A DNA stretch of 64,000 bases from the NCBI RefSeq assembly GCF_964355755.1, contig NC_092680.1, positions 5,518,001-5,582,000 of the forward strand, written 5' to 3'. Position numbers and translations under genes: made by a program. This DNA is from Antedon mediterranea (lineage: Eukaryota; Animalia; Echinodermata). The notes beneath the pieces were generated by a model. The model saw only the letters and a list, made by a program, of their open reading frames with translations. It was not told the origin of the DNA and made no database searches. Position 1 is the stretch's first letter; each line of letters begins with the position of its first letter. Shown here in pieces: positions 12,514 to 25,700 of the stretch.

Positions 12514-14741
12514 TTAAAATAAAGGTTAATATTGTTCTACAACACTCACTAATTTCAAATTTTCGTAATATTTTCGGAGAAACCATTCTCCGTCCTCAGC
12601 GGGTGTTGCCTGACTGACGACTGATTGACTCCCTCCTTCTGGACGTAGATGGCGTTCTACGTGGTGTTTCTTAGAAAGTTATCTGTTTAAATATATAAAT
12701 AGCCTCCCGTATTTTCCTGAGAATTAATTTGTCCTCTCGGCATAAAATCTTTACGTTAGATTTATCAATTTCGTAGCCTGTGGGTTTAAGGTGTTCAGCA
12801 ATGGCAGACTGAATGGAGGGGGTTATTGCAATATGTTCCCTCAAAGACATCTTTGTTTCGCCTATGTACACTTTGTCACTGCCTTTACAAGGAAGACGAT
12901 AAACTACTCCTGATTTATCCTCAATGGATACTTTGTCCCTAGGAAGGACAAGAATATGACGAAGTATCTGATGTGGTTTAAAGGCGGGTGGGGGTACCGT
13001 ATTGTCCACAAACCAGTTTAAGTTACTCGGATATACCTTTAACAAAAGGAATCACCACCAGGATTTTTCTAGTACTAGATGTAGAAAGATCTAGATTTGA
13101 ATTTTGAAGTGACTGGTCTTTCTTTACCGTGGCACGCTTAAAACTCCAATCTGCGTATCCACAGCGTTTTAATTTGTTTTTTATCTTTTGTGGTAGCCAC
13201 CACCTTTGTTCATCCTTCAATCTTTCCTAAATGTATTACAATTGTTGTATAATACTCTCATTTCATATAATATATAATACATTTCTATTAATACATGTTA
13301 TTTTCAATAAATCCATCATACTTAACATCTAATATTCAATTAACAATGTTTGTTTTTTTCTTCTGATTAGAACAATCAGTTGTATTCTTTTTGTAACATA
13401 TTATCATTATTTTTTTTGTATCTATCCTATTCTTATATATAATTTCTACTAGTACTGATTTCTTCTTTGTATACATATAATCTATTCTAACACATTCCCA
13501 TTCTCTTAGCATTTTTTTTCATTTTTTTATAGATATTTACAATCATAGTATACTATTACCGTTGCATTTGTTTCGATCAAACATATATTCAATTAACAAT
13601 GCATATTCTCTCTTTTAACTGTAAATTACTACTTACTAGCTATTTAAACTAACAAAATGTTAATATTGCTTTTTATTTTGAATAACAAATTATTTTCATT
13701 TACCATTGCTTTATATTTTAAATGAATTCACTTTTCAACTGAGTTTCTTTTGCCTTATTGTTACATAAAATTAATGTTGCATGAATTAGTGAATGAGTCA
13801 AAGATATATGATAAAAACCATAAAATATTTAACTACATAAAATGTCGTATATTATGTTACCAATCTTAGTACAAATATTGCACATTCCTTGCGATTAGTT
13901 CATTATGAAAGACATTAATAAGATTGTTTTTATGGTTACTGTGTTTAAATTTACATATTGAGAATTTATCAATAAAAATAACTTTATTTATATATTTATA
14001 ATTCATTCTTTGTGCGTAAAATCCAAACATAACATGTTCTAACTAACATTATTTATATCTGTGTCCCAGAGTCTCCTGTTTATGGGATGAACTGAGACGA
14101 AATATAATGATAAATATAGAGTTAACGTTTTAATGCCGATTTAACATGTTTAATGTATTGTCTTTTTTCAACTTGTTGTGTGACCACAGTATCAGCTCGA
14201 TCAAAAAGAGTCCTAATCACACTAAGTTTGTGCTCTAGTGGGTGATGGGAGTCAAAGGCCAGATATTGGTCAGTGTGAGTTGGTTTTCTTTACACACTGG
14301 CCTCTAACCTCCCATCGAATTGTCTTTTCACAAGCGTATCAAGAAAGGGCAACCGTCCGTCTTTTTCAAGATCGTTGGTGAACTTTATGTGTGGATTCTG
14401 GCTGTTAATATGTTCAGTAAATTCTTAAATTTTGGATCTGTCGATAATCACATAAGTGTCGTCCACATATTGAAACCACACTTTCGGACCACTTTTCACA
14501 GATTTTACAGCTTTAAGTTCAAAATCTTCGATATACATGTTCGCGATGATTGGACTAACAGGAGATCCCATAGCGCAACCATGATCTTTCAAAAGTCTAT
14601 GACTCTCTACTAGAAACACCAAGTAGGACGCCACCTACGTCCAGAAGTAAGGAGTCAATCAGTCGCTGAGGAAGCCAAACAATTAATTACGAAAATTTGA
14701 AATTAGTGAGTGTTGTAGAACAGTATTAACCTTTATTTTAA
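12514..14741 (-). mobile_element. Degenerate Penelope-like retroelement (RT + GIY-YIG endonuclease) with inverted terminal pseudo-LTRs, in the intron after the thioester exon
   Basis: Minus-strand fragments [60 protein letters not shown] and [20 protein letters not shown]. 12514-12670 is an imperfect inverted repeat of 14611-14741. Interrupted by ~0.9 kb of AT-rich DNA (~13230-14160). Confidence 0.85.
12564..12602 (-). ncRNA. Minimal hammerhead ribozyme-like motif in the Penelope pseudo-LTR
   Basis: Minus strand reads CCG-CUGAGGA-C-GGAGAA-UGGU-UUCUCC-GAAA-AUAU-UA-CG: CUGANGA core, stem II, GAAA, palindromic AUAU, UH. Stem I is only 2 bp. Confidence 0.5.
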
Positions 14742-17700
14742 TATTTTCCACCGACATTCTGCAGCCCAATCGAAACATTATCTTAAGCCACAAACTTAAT
14801 ACAATGTGACGATTTTCCAAGTATTCGAGAACCAGGATAAAGTATGTGAACTGTGTTGAGCAATGTGCTCTATTGATAAGATATGCTTCTCTGATTTAAT
14901 GGTGTATCTTATTGAATTGAAATGAGAGAGGTAGACAGAAAAGAATTACTTAAGGAATACTTTAATTTTAGGCTATCAACGAGAGCTGAATTATCGCAGA
15001 CAAGATGGATCATATAGTGCTTTTGGTCAATCCGACTACGACGGTAGTACCTGGTAAGTTGTTGGAGAGCTGATTGACACCTTTAAGTTACATAAAGATG
15101 TATACAAAAAAAAATAAACAAAAATATGTAAATGTGTTCTTCTATTACCACAATTATTGCATACATGCAAACAAATATTTTTAAAAATGAGGTAGAGTAA
15201 GTAGATAAAAATGTTGAGTTATCAATGTTTCTTCATTTGGATTTTTCTTTTAAAATAACAATAACCATTATATCTATAGGTTAACAGCGTTCGTATTAAG
15301 AACTTTTGCAGAATCTGATGAATTCATTGAAATAGATAGCAACCTAATGAGAGAGAGTCTGTCGTGGTTGATAAACCAACAAAACAAGAAAACAGGCTGC
15401 ATCATGTCAAGAGGAACTCTATTTAACAAGGCTATGAAGGTATGCCTAGGAGGCCTATTTGACTTACATAAACGAATAATATTAACATCATGCATCAGGG
15501 CAGCTAGTTACTCGGAATATTTGGTAGCATTTTGAACAACTTTAAGCATAGTGCATGTAATTCATGCTCAATGTAATGACATTGGCTTCAATATCTAGGC
15601 CTACTAAGGGCGAATGATATTCAGTATATCTCTCACTATTTCTCATTTATGCAAATATTCTTGTGGATTATCGATAGGGTGGTGTTTCAGATGAAATAAC
15701 GTTGACCGCATATACTTTGATAACAATGACTGAAGCTGTTGGCCAGAAGTTGGTAAATATTAGGTTTATTGTCTAAATAATTTATAAAAGAGCATAATCC
15801 AAAGCATTCAAATAGGTAATTTTCTATATTTTCTTACATTCTTATTTCTCAGAACAGCGGTATTGATCTGGCTAGCAAATGTCTTGTCAATCGATGGGAT
15901 GACGTTGATTCGGGTATTCGGAATGACTCTTATTCGGTTGCATTGCTGGCGTACGCATTCAAACTCTCTAAACACGTCCGTTACCAAGAAGTGCTTAGGC
16001 AATTAAATGAACTTGCAATTGAAGAAAGTAAGATTCAATATACCTTAAAGAAATAATCGATACAATTACTGCTTTGTCAATTTTAAAATAAATATAATAG
16101 TTAAATAATAACATTATTTTAATAGATGGATTAATACACTGGGAACGTCCTGAAGGTCTAAGACCTAAGAACACATGTTATTACTGCCGAGCATCTTCAG
16201 CGGAGGTAGAAATGACTGCTTACGCTCTTCTGGCGCTTGATTTAGAAGTTGGCGCCGACCTAATAGAAGCATTAAAGATCTCTAAATGGCTTATTAAACA
16301 ACAGAATGCCAATGGTGGATATTCGTCTACCCAGGTTTGTACAGCCATCACTTTATTGTTACTTAATTGTTTCGTACCATTGCTACAAATTAACTCGATA
16401 ACTTTCTTTTACAATGTATTTAATCTAACAGGACACAGTGATTGCGTTAAAAGCACTTTCATATTTTTCCGAGGCACTTTACACATGGGAAACTACCCAG
16501 ATGAGTATCACAGCGACCTCGTCGGCTGGAGGTGAAACTGAAACATTTGAATTAGACTCCTCTAATCGCCTGTTACTACAGAAAATGGACATAGAAAAAG
16601 CGCCAACAACGGTTGATATAGAGTCTTCCGGGACTGGGTGTGCTCTTATAAAGGTACTATACATATGTATATTATAAAAGAACAAACGAAAATAGAGAAA
16701 CTCTGAAAACAATCTAGTAGGAGTAAAATGAAAAGTGAAAATAAGTCACCTAGAAAGTTTCTAGAATTATAATATATATATAATATTATATATCCTAGGT
16801 TCAAACACTCTACAACATCTATGAAAAACCAGAAGTGGAAGTAGAACCATTCAGTATCAGTGTCGAATCAATCCCAGATGAAAAGCTGGGATGCCAGAAA
16901 CAGACTGTCCGAATTACCGTATCGTAAGTTATAATTTATAACAAAACAGTAACGGCAATCACATACACTGGATAAGAAAAAAATATTCGCTGCGTCAGGA
17001 TGCAGATAAAGCAATGATTATAAGGTTGATACACCTTGATACGCCACAAACAGCAAATACTACTGTAGCATAACCTAAAAGTAGATTTGGACACACAACA
17101 AGATAATGATTCTCTATAAAATGAAAATCTTTTTAATGTTGATATTTAATTCAATTAATTCAATTCCATTTATTTCTACACAATACACAATAACATACAG
17201 GATAATAAATACGATAAAGTAATCATGTGGGGGAGGGTCATATAAGTCAGAAAGACTTTAATTTGACCCACACCACGAATACGAAAAAGAAAAAAAATAC
17301 ATTAAACTAATAATAAATAAAAGAAAACAAAGCTACAATTTCTATTTAAACCACTTTTTCCAATCTTAACTGGTCTTATGAAATACGTTCATCATATCTT
17401 GAAAGTAGTAGTAGTAGTAGTATACTAATTTGAATTCGACAGGTACAATGGTGAAGACCAAGTATCCAGTATGTCGATTGTGGAGGTTAAGCTTGTTTCT
17501 GGATACTATGCGGATAAAGATTCACTTAAAAGTCATGACACACTTGGATTCAAAAGATATGAAGCTAATGGTAACATGCTCGAGTTTTATTTTGATGAGG
17601 TAATTCGTATTTAAATCTAATTAATATATTTTTTTTAAAACGTTGTGTACGTTTATCTATGCCATAAATTACTTAATAACGCACATATACCTTCTACACA

Positions 17701-18503
17701 TCTTCTGTATTATAGACTATTAGTTATTATTATTAGTTATAAAGACATCATAAAAGACATACAAATATATGAAATATGTTTTTGATTTGTAGACCTACTG
17801 AGTTACGTAGAAGAATTAAAATTCATATTAATTTGTTTCAATTTCAGTTCACCTCTGAACCATTAAGCTTTGAATTTGATGTGGTACAAGAAATAAAAGT
17901 AAAGAATTCTAAGCCTGGAATAGTAACCGTGTATGACTATTATGAAGCAGGTAGGATACCATTGTAGCAATATTGTATTAAAACAAATATTTATATACAT
18001 TCAACAAAAATGTATATTGTTGATCCATGTTATACATTCTTGTTATTCTCTCTGCTATTTTAATTTTAATTTCATCGTGTTTTGCCAATTGTTTTCTCTG
18101 TTTTAAGGTAACTAATCTATTTTAAAAAACATATTTGAAAAACATAAATAGTTTCCTTCCATACGATCTAATTTATTTATATGTTTCATATTCTGTTTTA
18201 ATGTTTGTGAGTTGTGCGGAGATTACATCTTAAAAACTAGCAACTTATCCTGCTTACTTACTACCATAGTAGGCAGAAATATAAAAATAAGAAAGATGCT
18301 GAATTTGATGTTGAGAAGAATGAGGAGAAAAAGAAGAAGATCGTGATGATATTGTCTATAAATTTAATAGTATTTTGTTTACTTTGTCTTTTTACAGAAT
18401 TGAAGTCTGTTAAATCCTACAAGTTTTGTCGGTAGTCACTTTACCACCAGTATATGAGAGATGCCACTAACCAGTAGATTAGTTAAAAACATAATAATTG
18501 ATC

Positions 18504-18509
18504 AATAAA
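18504..18509 (+). terminator. Polyadenylation signal of A2M-like copy 1
   Basis: AATAAA ~70 nt after the stop; conserved in copy 2 (37526-37531). Confidence 0.55.
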
Positions 18510-18780
18510 GTTTTCTATGATTAAATTTACAGTTAATCTTTGATGAGACTACTATCTTCATCTTTTTTTTAATATTGTTAATTGTAACCCTTCGACATAA
18601 TCGTAAAGTGGAAAATTATAGTTATAAAACAAAACGTTTCTAAACTAGTCCAGTTCCTTTTATGGTTGAACTTTTGAACAAAATTTAACTTATTTATTTT
18701 TGCTTGTATTTTTTTTACGTAACTGCTGTCTAACTTACTCGTATTTATATTTTGTTGATTGTGTCTATGGTTTAAATATT

Positions 18781-18915
18781 TTTAGTTGCGTGGACGCGAC
18801 TCTATAGTTCACTATGTCGGTCAGTCGGTCGGTCGGTCGGTCGATCAGTCTGTCTGTCTGTCGGTCCGGTATCACTATGCGTTTTAGCACGCGACTTATG
18901 GCTGTTGGCCTTGTT
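18781..18915 (+). mobile_element. Short Helentron-associated (HINE/DINE-1-like) element
   Basis: TTTAG start, (GTCG/GTCT)n microsatellite, sub-terminal inverted repeat AGTTGCGTG...CACGCGACT and end TGGCTGTTGGCCTTGTT. A longer copy lies in the opposite orientation at 47787-48595. Confidence 0.6.
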
Positions 18916-19635
18916 AATTGTGTGATACATATGCAATTCAGCCATGTGCTGCCATGTATGTACTTTTTATGTGAATTTTGAATAAATATACCAAGATGTG
19001 ATGTCTATTACGTCATTAAAGATATCTAATAACAATGGAGGTGATCGATCCAATAGTATAGTGTATCTTACACTTATATTCTCATTGTATTGTAACACTT
19101 TTCATTCATTTATTAATTCATTTGATCAAAATCACATACAACAAGTAACAGATTCATGAATAAAACAGCATTAAAAACAACATGTAAAACAATAAAAATA
19201 TATGCAATAATTAAGATTATACATTTTGGAAATGATATAAATAATTAAGATATTTAAAACCGTATAAAACTATATGTTTACAATATTGAAATATTGGATG
19301 GAACATTTCCCTCTCCCAAAACTAAAAATTTCAGAAATACTTCTTCTATAATCTTTTCCCTATTTAAAAAAAATTGACTGAAATGAAACCTTTTAAAAGA
19401 TAGAAATAATAAAAAAAGAAATTGACTGTTTATTTTGGAAAGGAACTGAAGTCCCACTATGTAGGAGGTATATTAATTGTAGCATGAATTAGTACATAAA
19501 ACAGTGTCGACTATAACTTTTAATAACATCCGATATGCAGACCTAGAATTTTTGGAGGTACCTTAAGCCTTACTCTGACGTAAATCTTCTACAACCGATT
19601 ACTAACGCTGTGACCTTTTAATTTGTCGGTAAGCC

Positions 19636-19643
19636 TATATAAA
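19636..19643 (+). promoter_or_regulatory. TATA box of A2M-like gene copy 2
   Basis: TATATAAA upstream of ATG 19703. Confidence 0.6.
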
Positions 19644-19702
19644 GCCACCTCAGAAAGTCATCACCCGTTGATTGGTATACAGTACTTGGATCCCGGTCAA
19701 AG

Positions 19703-22700
19703 ATGACTAGTTATCGCAAACTTATCTTTTTATTGTGCATTTTACACGGCTTCTTTGAGGTACATTCAAATAATGAGACTGAAGCTAGATCTGCAGACAC
19801 TGACACGGCACCTAAAGACACTGAAGTAACACCTACATACACTGACCCAAAACCTACAGACACTGAAGCAACACCTACAGGCATTGATTTAACACTTATA
19901 GGCACTGATTTAACACCTACAGACATTAAAGCATCACCTACAGACACTTACTCAACACCTACAGACACTGAAACAACACCTACAGGCACTGAAGCAACAC
20001 CTACATACACTGAAGCATCACCTACGGACACTGGCCCAACATCTGCAGACACTGAAGCATCACCTACAGACAATGAAGGAACACCTACATACACTGAAGC
20101 AACATCTACAGGCACTGAATCAACAGGTACACATGAGGATGGTAATACAAGTGATGTCAGTTCAAGTGATTATCCATACTCAAGTGATAAATCAAGCGAA
20201 GTTCAAAATGACGAACATACCGAGTAAGTAATCATTGTTTTAGTTTTGTATTTTAATTCCCAAGCACAGTCGTCGCAGGCATACAGTAGGCCTATTACAT
20301 AAAGAGTGCCTAATTAATATTGAAGGTAACCGATATATAAACCACAGAAAAGGTAATAGATTAGTAATTTCATTTCGAATGCGGTTTATTACGGACAAGC
20401 ATACTAACGTTTTCATATACCCTGTATCTGGCATGATGATTAAATTGTTATACAACACAGACTTGCCAGGCCTATACATTATAGATATTGGTGTTTTCTA
20501 TGATTTTTAGAGGATATCTTATAACTACATCGCAACGATGGATATCAGACAGTATAGAAATTATATGCGTTGCGTATCTTAAAAAACCTACAAACGTTGA
20601 AATCAGAGTAGAGAACACGTACAGTAATTGGTGGTATCCAAGATTTTCCATGTATCATTCACAAACATTCCATGAAGGCGGAAGCGATTGTTTCGAAGTA
20701 AAGGTAAAAGGAAACATATTCTTATTCTATATATTTCTTTATGTTTTTAAACGGATATAAAAATTGTGTACGCTTCATTACCAACACTAAGCAAGTGCTA
20801 CGGCATGGCGATTTAGTAGTGGGGTGATGTTATACAGAAAGTAATCAAAGCACAGTGTACATAATTCCCACCTCCAAGCAGAACTCGTATACATCCATGC
20901 TCTTGAGGCTACTCATTAAGCTAATAGCCTGGCAAAAGATTTTGTTATTTAGTTTATTTGACCATTGAATACTATGATAATGCTACTTATTAACTAAAAT
21001 AATGTAGGTTCCTGAAATGTCAGCACGGTACAGGTTGTCGGTGACATTGAGTGCACTTATAACGACTGCTGACGCAGAGATTGAACGGCAGATGAAAATC
21101 CGCATCTATAGGGAACAAGTGGAAACATACATACAGACTGACAAACCAAAATACAGTGCTGGACAAGAAGGTAACATGCTAAATGTAACAAGATTGATAA
21201 TTTCAAATGTTACTGTACATAGGGTCCTACTAGTAATCCTTTCCGAAAACAAACACATTATTCAACACACATTAAGGACATGGTAATCCCATGGTTATTG
21301 TGTTGTTAAAGTAAATATGTAAAATATTTATAATTGAGTAAGAATGAAAATGCTTCATCTATCGTCTGATGATGACCGTATTGATATCACCATTTGTAAA
21401 GAAAAAAAATAGAAATACTGAAGTGTTACATGTTTCTCGTCATTTTCAGTTAAATTTCGAATGTTGTCTATCAAATCACTGTCATTAAAGGTTGTGAAGA
21501 ACAATGTAAGTATAAAATAAATGTGATATCATTGCACGAGTGGTTGATGCAATAGTTGTCTATGCAATATTTAATTGTGAAGTAGTATACCTATTATTTT
21601 CAAGACAAGGTCAGGGTTTATATTAAATAAGTGGAGTAGAACTTTTAAGGGTATACATTCGAATCTCAATCAAGTGTCCTCTTTGTCCAAAATATGTGTC
21701 CAAAAGGAGAGGTTCTATTTTGCAGTACACTTTTCTTCAGAAAACATATGACGATTAAAAACATTTTGAAGTGTTAGGAACCGGCAAGGTTATAAAAACG
21801 TCCAAATTCTCTACAACATCATAAATCTACAAATTTTCGGGCCATAGTTAGTTACTTTTTATCAGATACCAACAATTCAGTAGATGTCTTACTGCATATT
21901 TTGTGTTGAAGATACCAAGCATCTGGATTGAAGCTCCGAATGACATTCGAGTTAGGCAGTGGGTAGATGTGAAAGCAGACGAGGGTCTTGTTGATCTACA
22001 GATGCTATTGTCTGATGAACCAATACTAGGGACGTGGACAATAAAAGCAATGGTTGCCGACAGAACAGTCACACAAACATTCGTTGTAGAGGAATACGGT
22101 AGGTCCATCAGTTGGAAACATACGTCTAAATTAGACATTATTAAATTTATCTGCCGATTCCATCAATCCAAATGACAAAGACCAAGCCAAGCAAAAAAGC
22201 TTGCCACACTCTACATATTGGAGAGGCGTCGTTATAAACCATTACTTGAGTGAGACGAACATTTGAGTCTTTGTTGTTCCATATGATTTATAAAAGAGTT
22301 TTTTTTTCAGTTTTACCAAAGTTTGAAATTCTGTTTGATACACCTTCATCTATTTACGTCCGTGATGAAACTTTTAAAGTCAAAGTTTGCGGAATGTGAG
22401 TATAAACACGTTTTCTTTGGAATAATCATTAAAACAAAAGTTCTTAAAAAAAAAATTGTATTTATAATTTCTCAATATTTCTTCATAAAGTGTCATTACG
22501 GCACAAGAAGCCAATATCAAATGACTAATTTTCAACATTCAATAGTATACATACATATCATGTACTGTATACTAAAATCACAATAATATAATATGTTTCA
22601 ATATTTAAATGAGTCGATTCGGGATTCTTATTATTTACAGCACCAGCAAAATCAGACTCACTATAGATATAATTGTATTTTATGATTTTTTTTTTCTAAT

Positions 22701-25700
22701 ATCTTCAAATTTTATAATTCGTCAATGAAGAAAATAATTAAATGTCATCTGGAGCATTTGGTATTACTGTCAAATTTTCATATTATGGGCGTATTGTTAA
22801 ATTATTAAATACTTATTATAGGTATACATACGGACAACCCGTCAGAGGATCTGTTAATTTTACCGTTTGTTTTAAACATTCACATGACGATTGTAACCCA
22901 GAAACTACTGTAGTCAAATATGCTAAAGTAAGTAAAATCTTGCTCGAGTTATTTGTATACTCAATATAGACCGGAACATTAAATTAGCGCCCCCTCTGTC
23001 GCTCTATGTACAGTTTCTGTAGGTAATTCATTTATGATTTATTTTTAGGATACTGGTTCAGATGGATGTGGTGAATTTGATTTGACTTCAGAAGAACTTA
23101 AATGGGACAGAACTAATTATTACTATTATTATGAAAGACAACAATTATCTGTCAATGCAAAATTTACTGAAGCTGGAACCGGTATGTAATAACATTTTAT
23201 ATTACTCTGTAGTATTGGAACGTTTCTGTTGTTAAACAGCGTATGTTAAATTATTGATAAATTACCATTTTCAGACATCACTTTGACCAGCTCATCGCTG
23301 TCAACAACTATTAAAACAACGGCAGTACAAATAGAGATAACAGGTATAAGCTATTACAAGCCCGGCATTGAATACAATGGAAAGGTAAAAGACAATTGAG
23401 AAAAATTGTTCACGCTCCATAAGGCCAATTATATTAAAGCTGCGGTAAAGGCAGTTCAGGAAACTTGGTTAAATTTGATGTGTTGAACATCCACGCAATT
23501 TAACTGAAGGTTAAAATAATATTTAATATTTGTTATACTGTACCTATTTTGACCTAAAATAAAAATAGTGGAAATGTAGTTCAAGGATTCTAGCCAAAGT
23601 ATGAACACATATGTGTATTTATGTACATAACATGAACTATACTATTCGATGCGTATTTTTTTAAAAACGCTATTTAAAGATGTATTGTCCCCTTAAAAAA
23701 ATATTTAGAACACAATTTTTGTTGAATATGCCATTTTAATATAACATAATAGTTATCCACTTTGACCAAAAATTGGATCGAAAAAAAAATGTATTTACCT
23801 GAAAAAAAACTGTAATTTAAAGCAAAATTTGTCAAATTGGCCAGCTAATGGGTTTTTGGTTGAATTTAACCATTTATTTTGGCATTTTAGAAGTTAAAAC
23901 ATTTTTTGTTCACGTTTTTTTTTAAAGGAAGTGATAACTTCATTAAAACTACAGAATAACACATTAAAAGTCTGATTTAATTAATCTTCATTGTTCATGT
24001 TTTCTTTAAGTGTATTGGATGTTTCAAATAGGCTATTTAAATAAGGATTTTAAACTTTGATATAGTACCGTATGGTTTCTACTTTATTCATTCCTTCATT
24101 CATTCTTTATTTAGCATTTAAAATCGAAATACATTTAAAACAAAGGTAACAAAAACAAGGCAGGTGGACATCTAAGGAGGCAAGGATAAGCAGAAGCAAT
24201 TAAAATCGCTGTAGCTCGCAGGCTTGCTTATCCATCCTTAGACATCCAGTACATAAAGATAAATAAAATACACATTAATGATCCAAATATAAATAAATTC
24301 TAATTAAGTGACAATGTATTAAAACCGTTTAAGAATCAGTTTTCATTTTTTTTTTTTCAATTTTTGATTTTGAAAATATCCTATTTTGATTTCACAGGTC
24401 TTTATAAAGAATGTGGATGGAAGTCCAGCTAATGGTATTAATACAACAATACATATACAGGAAAAACGCGAATCTGACGTAATTCATGTATTCAACAGCT
24501 TCTCGAATAAAGGAGTTGTAACATTTAGTTTTGATGCGCCTATTGATACGGCTATTACTTCTCTGCTAATTACGGTAATTACAACCAGGAAAGAATGAAA
24601 TTCACTGTTATAACATCATTCGATGATATTAATTTTTATTCTTATTCATTATTAATTATTATTATCTGGCGCTATCGATATTCAAAAATAGATATAAGAT
24701 ATCATTTTTGTAGCTTTTGTTTTAAATCTATTATGATGTTTTGGAAAATAGCAGTTTGTCGTAGGGTTGGTGGAAAGATGTGTTACTTTATAACGTTATA
24801 ACGTTGATTGTTATCTTGGTAATGCTCGCCTATGAACGCCTATCACCCTTTTTATTGGAGCACTACGTATATTCTAGGTAACAGCAGAAGGATATAAAAC
24901 ACAAACCTACGAAGATGTCTATGGGTATTATAGAATTAGAAACAATCCATCTAATACAAAGAGAATCTCTGCCTTCTATTCGCCTAGTGGAAGTTTCCTG
25001 AACATCAAGCCAGTGCCAAATGAAATCAACTTTGGCGGTAATCATACTTTTGATGTTGATTACACCATTCCGACTGGCGCTAACAAAACAATCAATGTTA
25101 AGTATATGGTAAGTGTTAATATAGTGTACTAGTTACTGTAAAATGTATAAAGGTTCGTGGAATCCTTGTGTGTACTTTAAAAACTGGCGGTAATAATCTC
25201 ATTAATTTTAAAATGTATTCATTTTTTGACAAATGTATTTGATAAATTTAAACTCTATACAATAATTAATGTTTATTGAATATAACTAGGTCACTGCTAG
25301 AGCTGCTGTAGCAACATTTGGCAGTTTAGAGGTGAAGATGCCTTCTTGTTCTCGTCAAGAGAAAAGATCTCGTCAGCTAATTTGGCCTTCATACGATTAT
25401 TTTATTTCCAGACCAGAAGATGAATCAGGTATATATATATATATTATGGATTTCAATATTTGCAGCAATAATATTTCACTAAAGGGTTTGTAAAGGTATT
25501 ATATAGATTTACGTATGCAAAAAATGTGAAATCCAAAAATGGCTTTCATTTATTTTTTATTGTTTTTATCTTTTTCCTTCTGGCTTGAGAAACCTTGGTC
25601 TTTTTTAAAAAAATATCCACACATTGGAAATCCAACTGCCATAGTGTTTTTTTTAAATATTTTTTAATCTGGGAATAAATCCTTTCTTTGTATGCCTTAT

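Larger units (their letters stand above)
697..18435 (+). pseudogene. Alpha-2-macroglobulin-like thioester protein, copy 1 (32 coding exons; 1-nt frameshift in exon 2, so pseudogene or sequencing error)
   Basis: Exons traced by GT-AG and phase: 697-1262, 1552-1743, 2048-2210, 2504-2559, 2967-3153, 3369-3453, 3879-3984, 4115-4244, 4347-4456, 5468-5644, 5950-6180, 6362-6500, 6926-7098, 7414-7563, 7846-8031, 8881-8944, 9509-9671, 10479-10713, 10956-11097, 11286-11410, 11802-11943, 12268-12444, 14972-15053, 15280-15439, 15678-15752, 15853-16027, 16126-16334, 16432-16653, 16799-16923, 17443-17599, 17848-17950, 18398-18435. A2M-family motifs: [55 protein letters not shown] (12324-12338), [39 protein letters not shown]. 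An A5 run at 1622-1626 (A6 in copy 2) gives TAG at 1649-1651. Confidence 0.85.
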
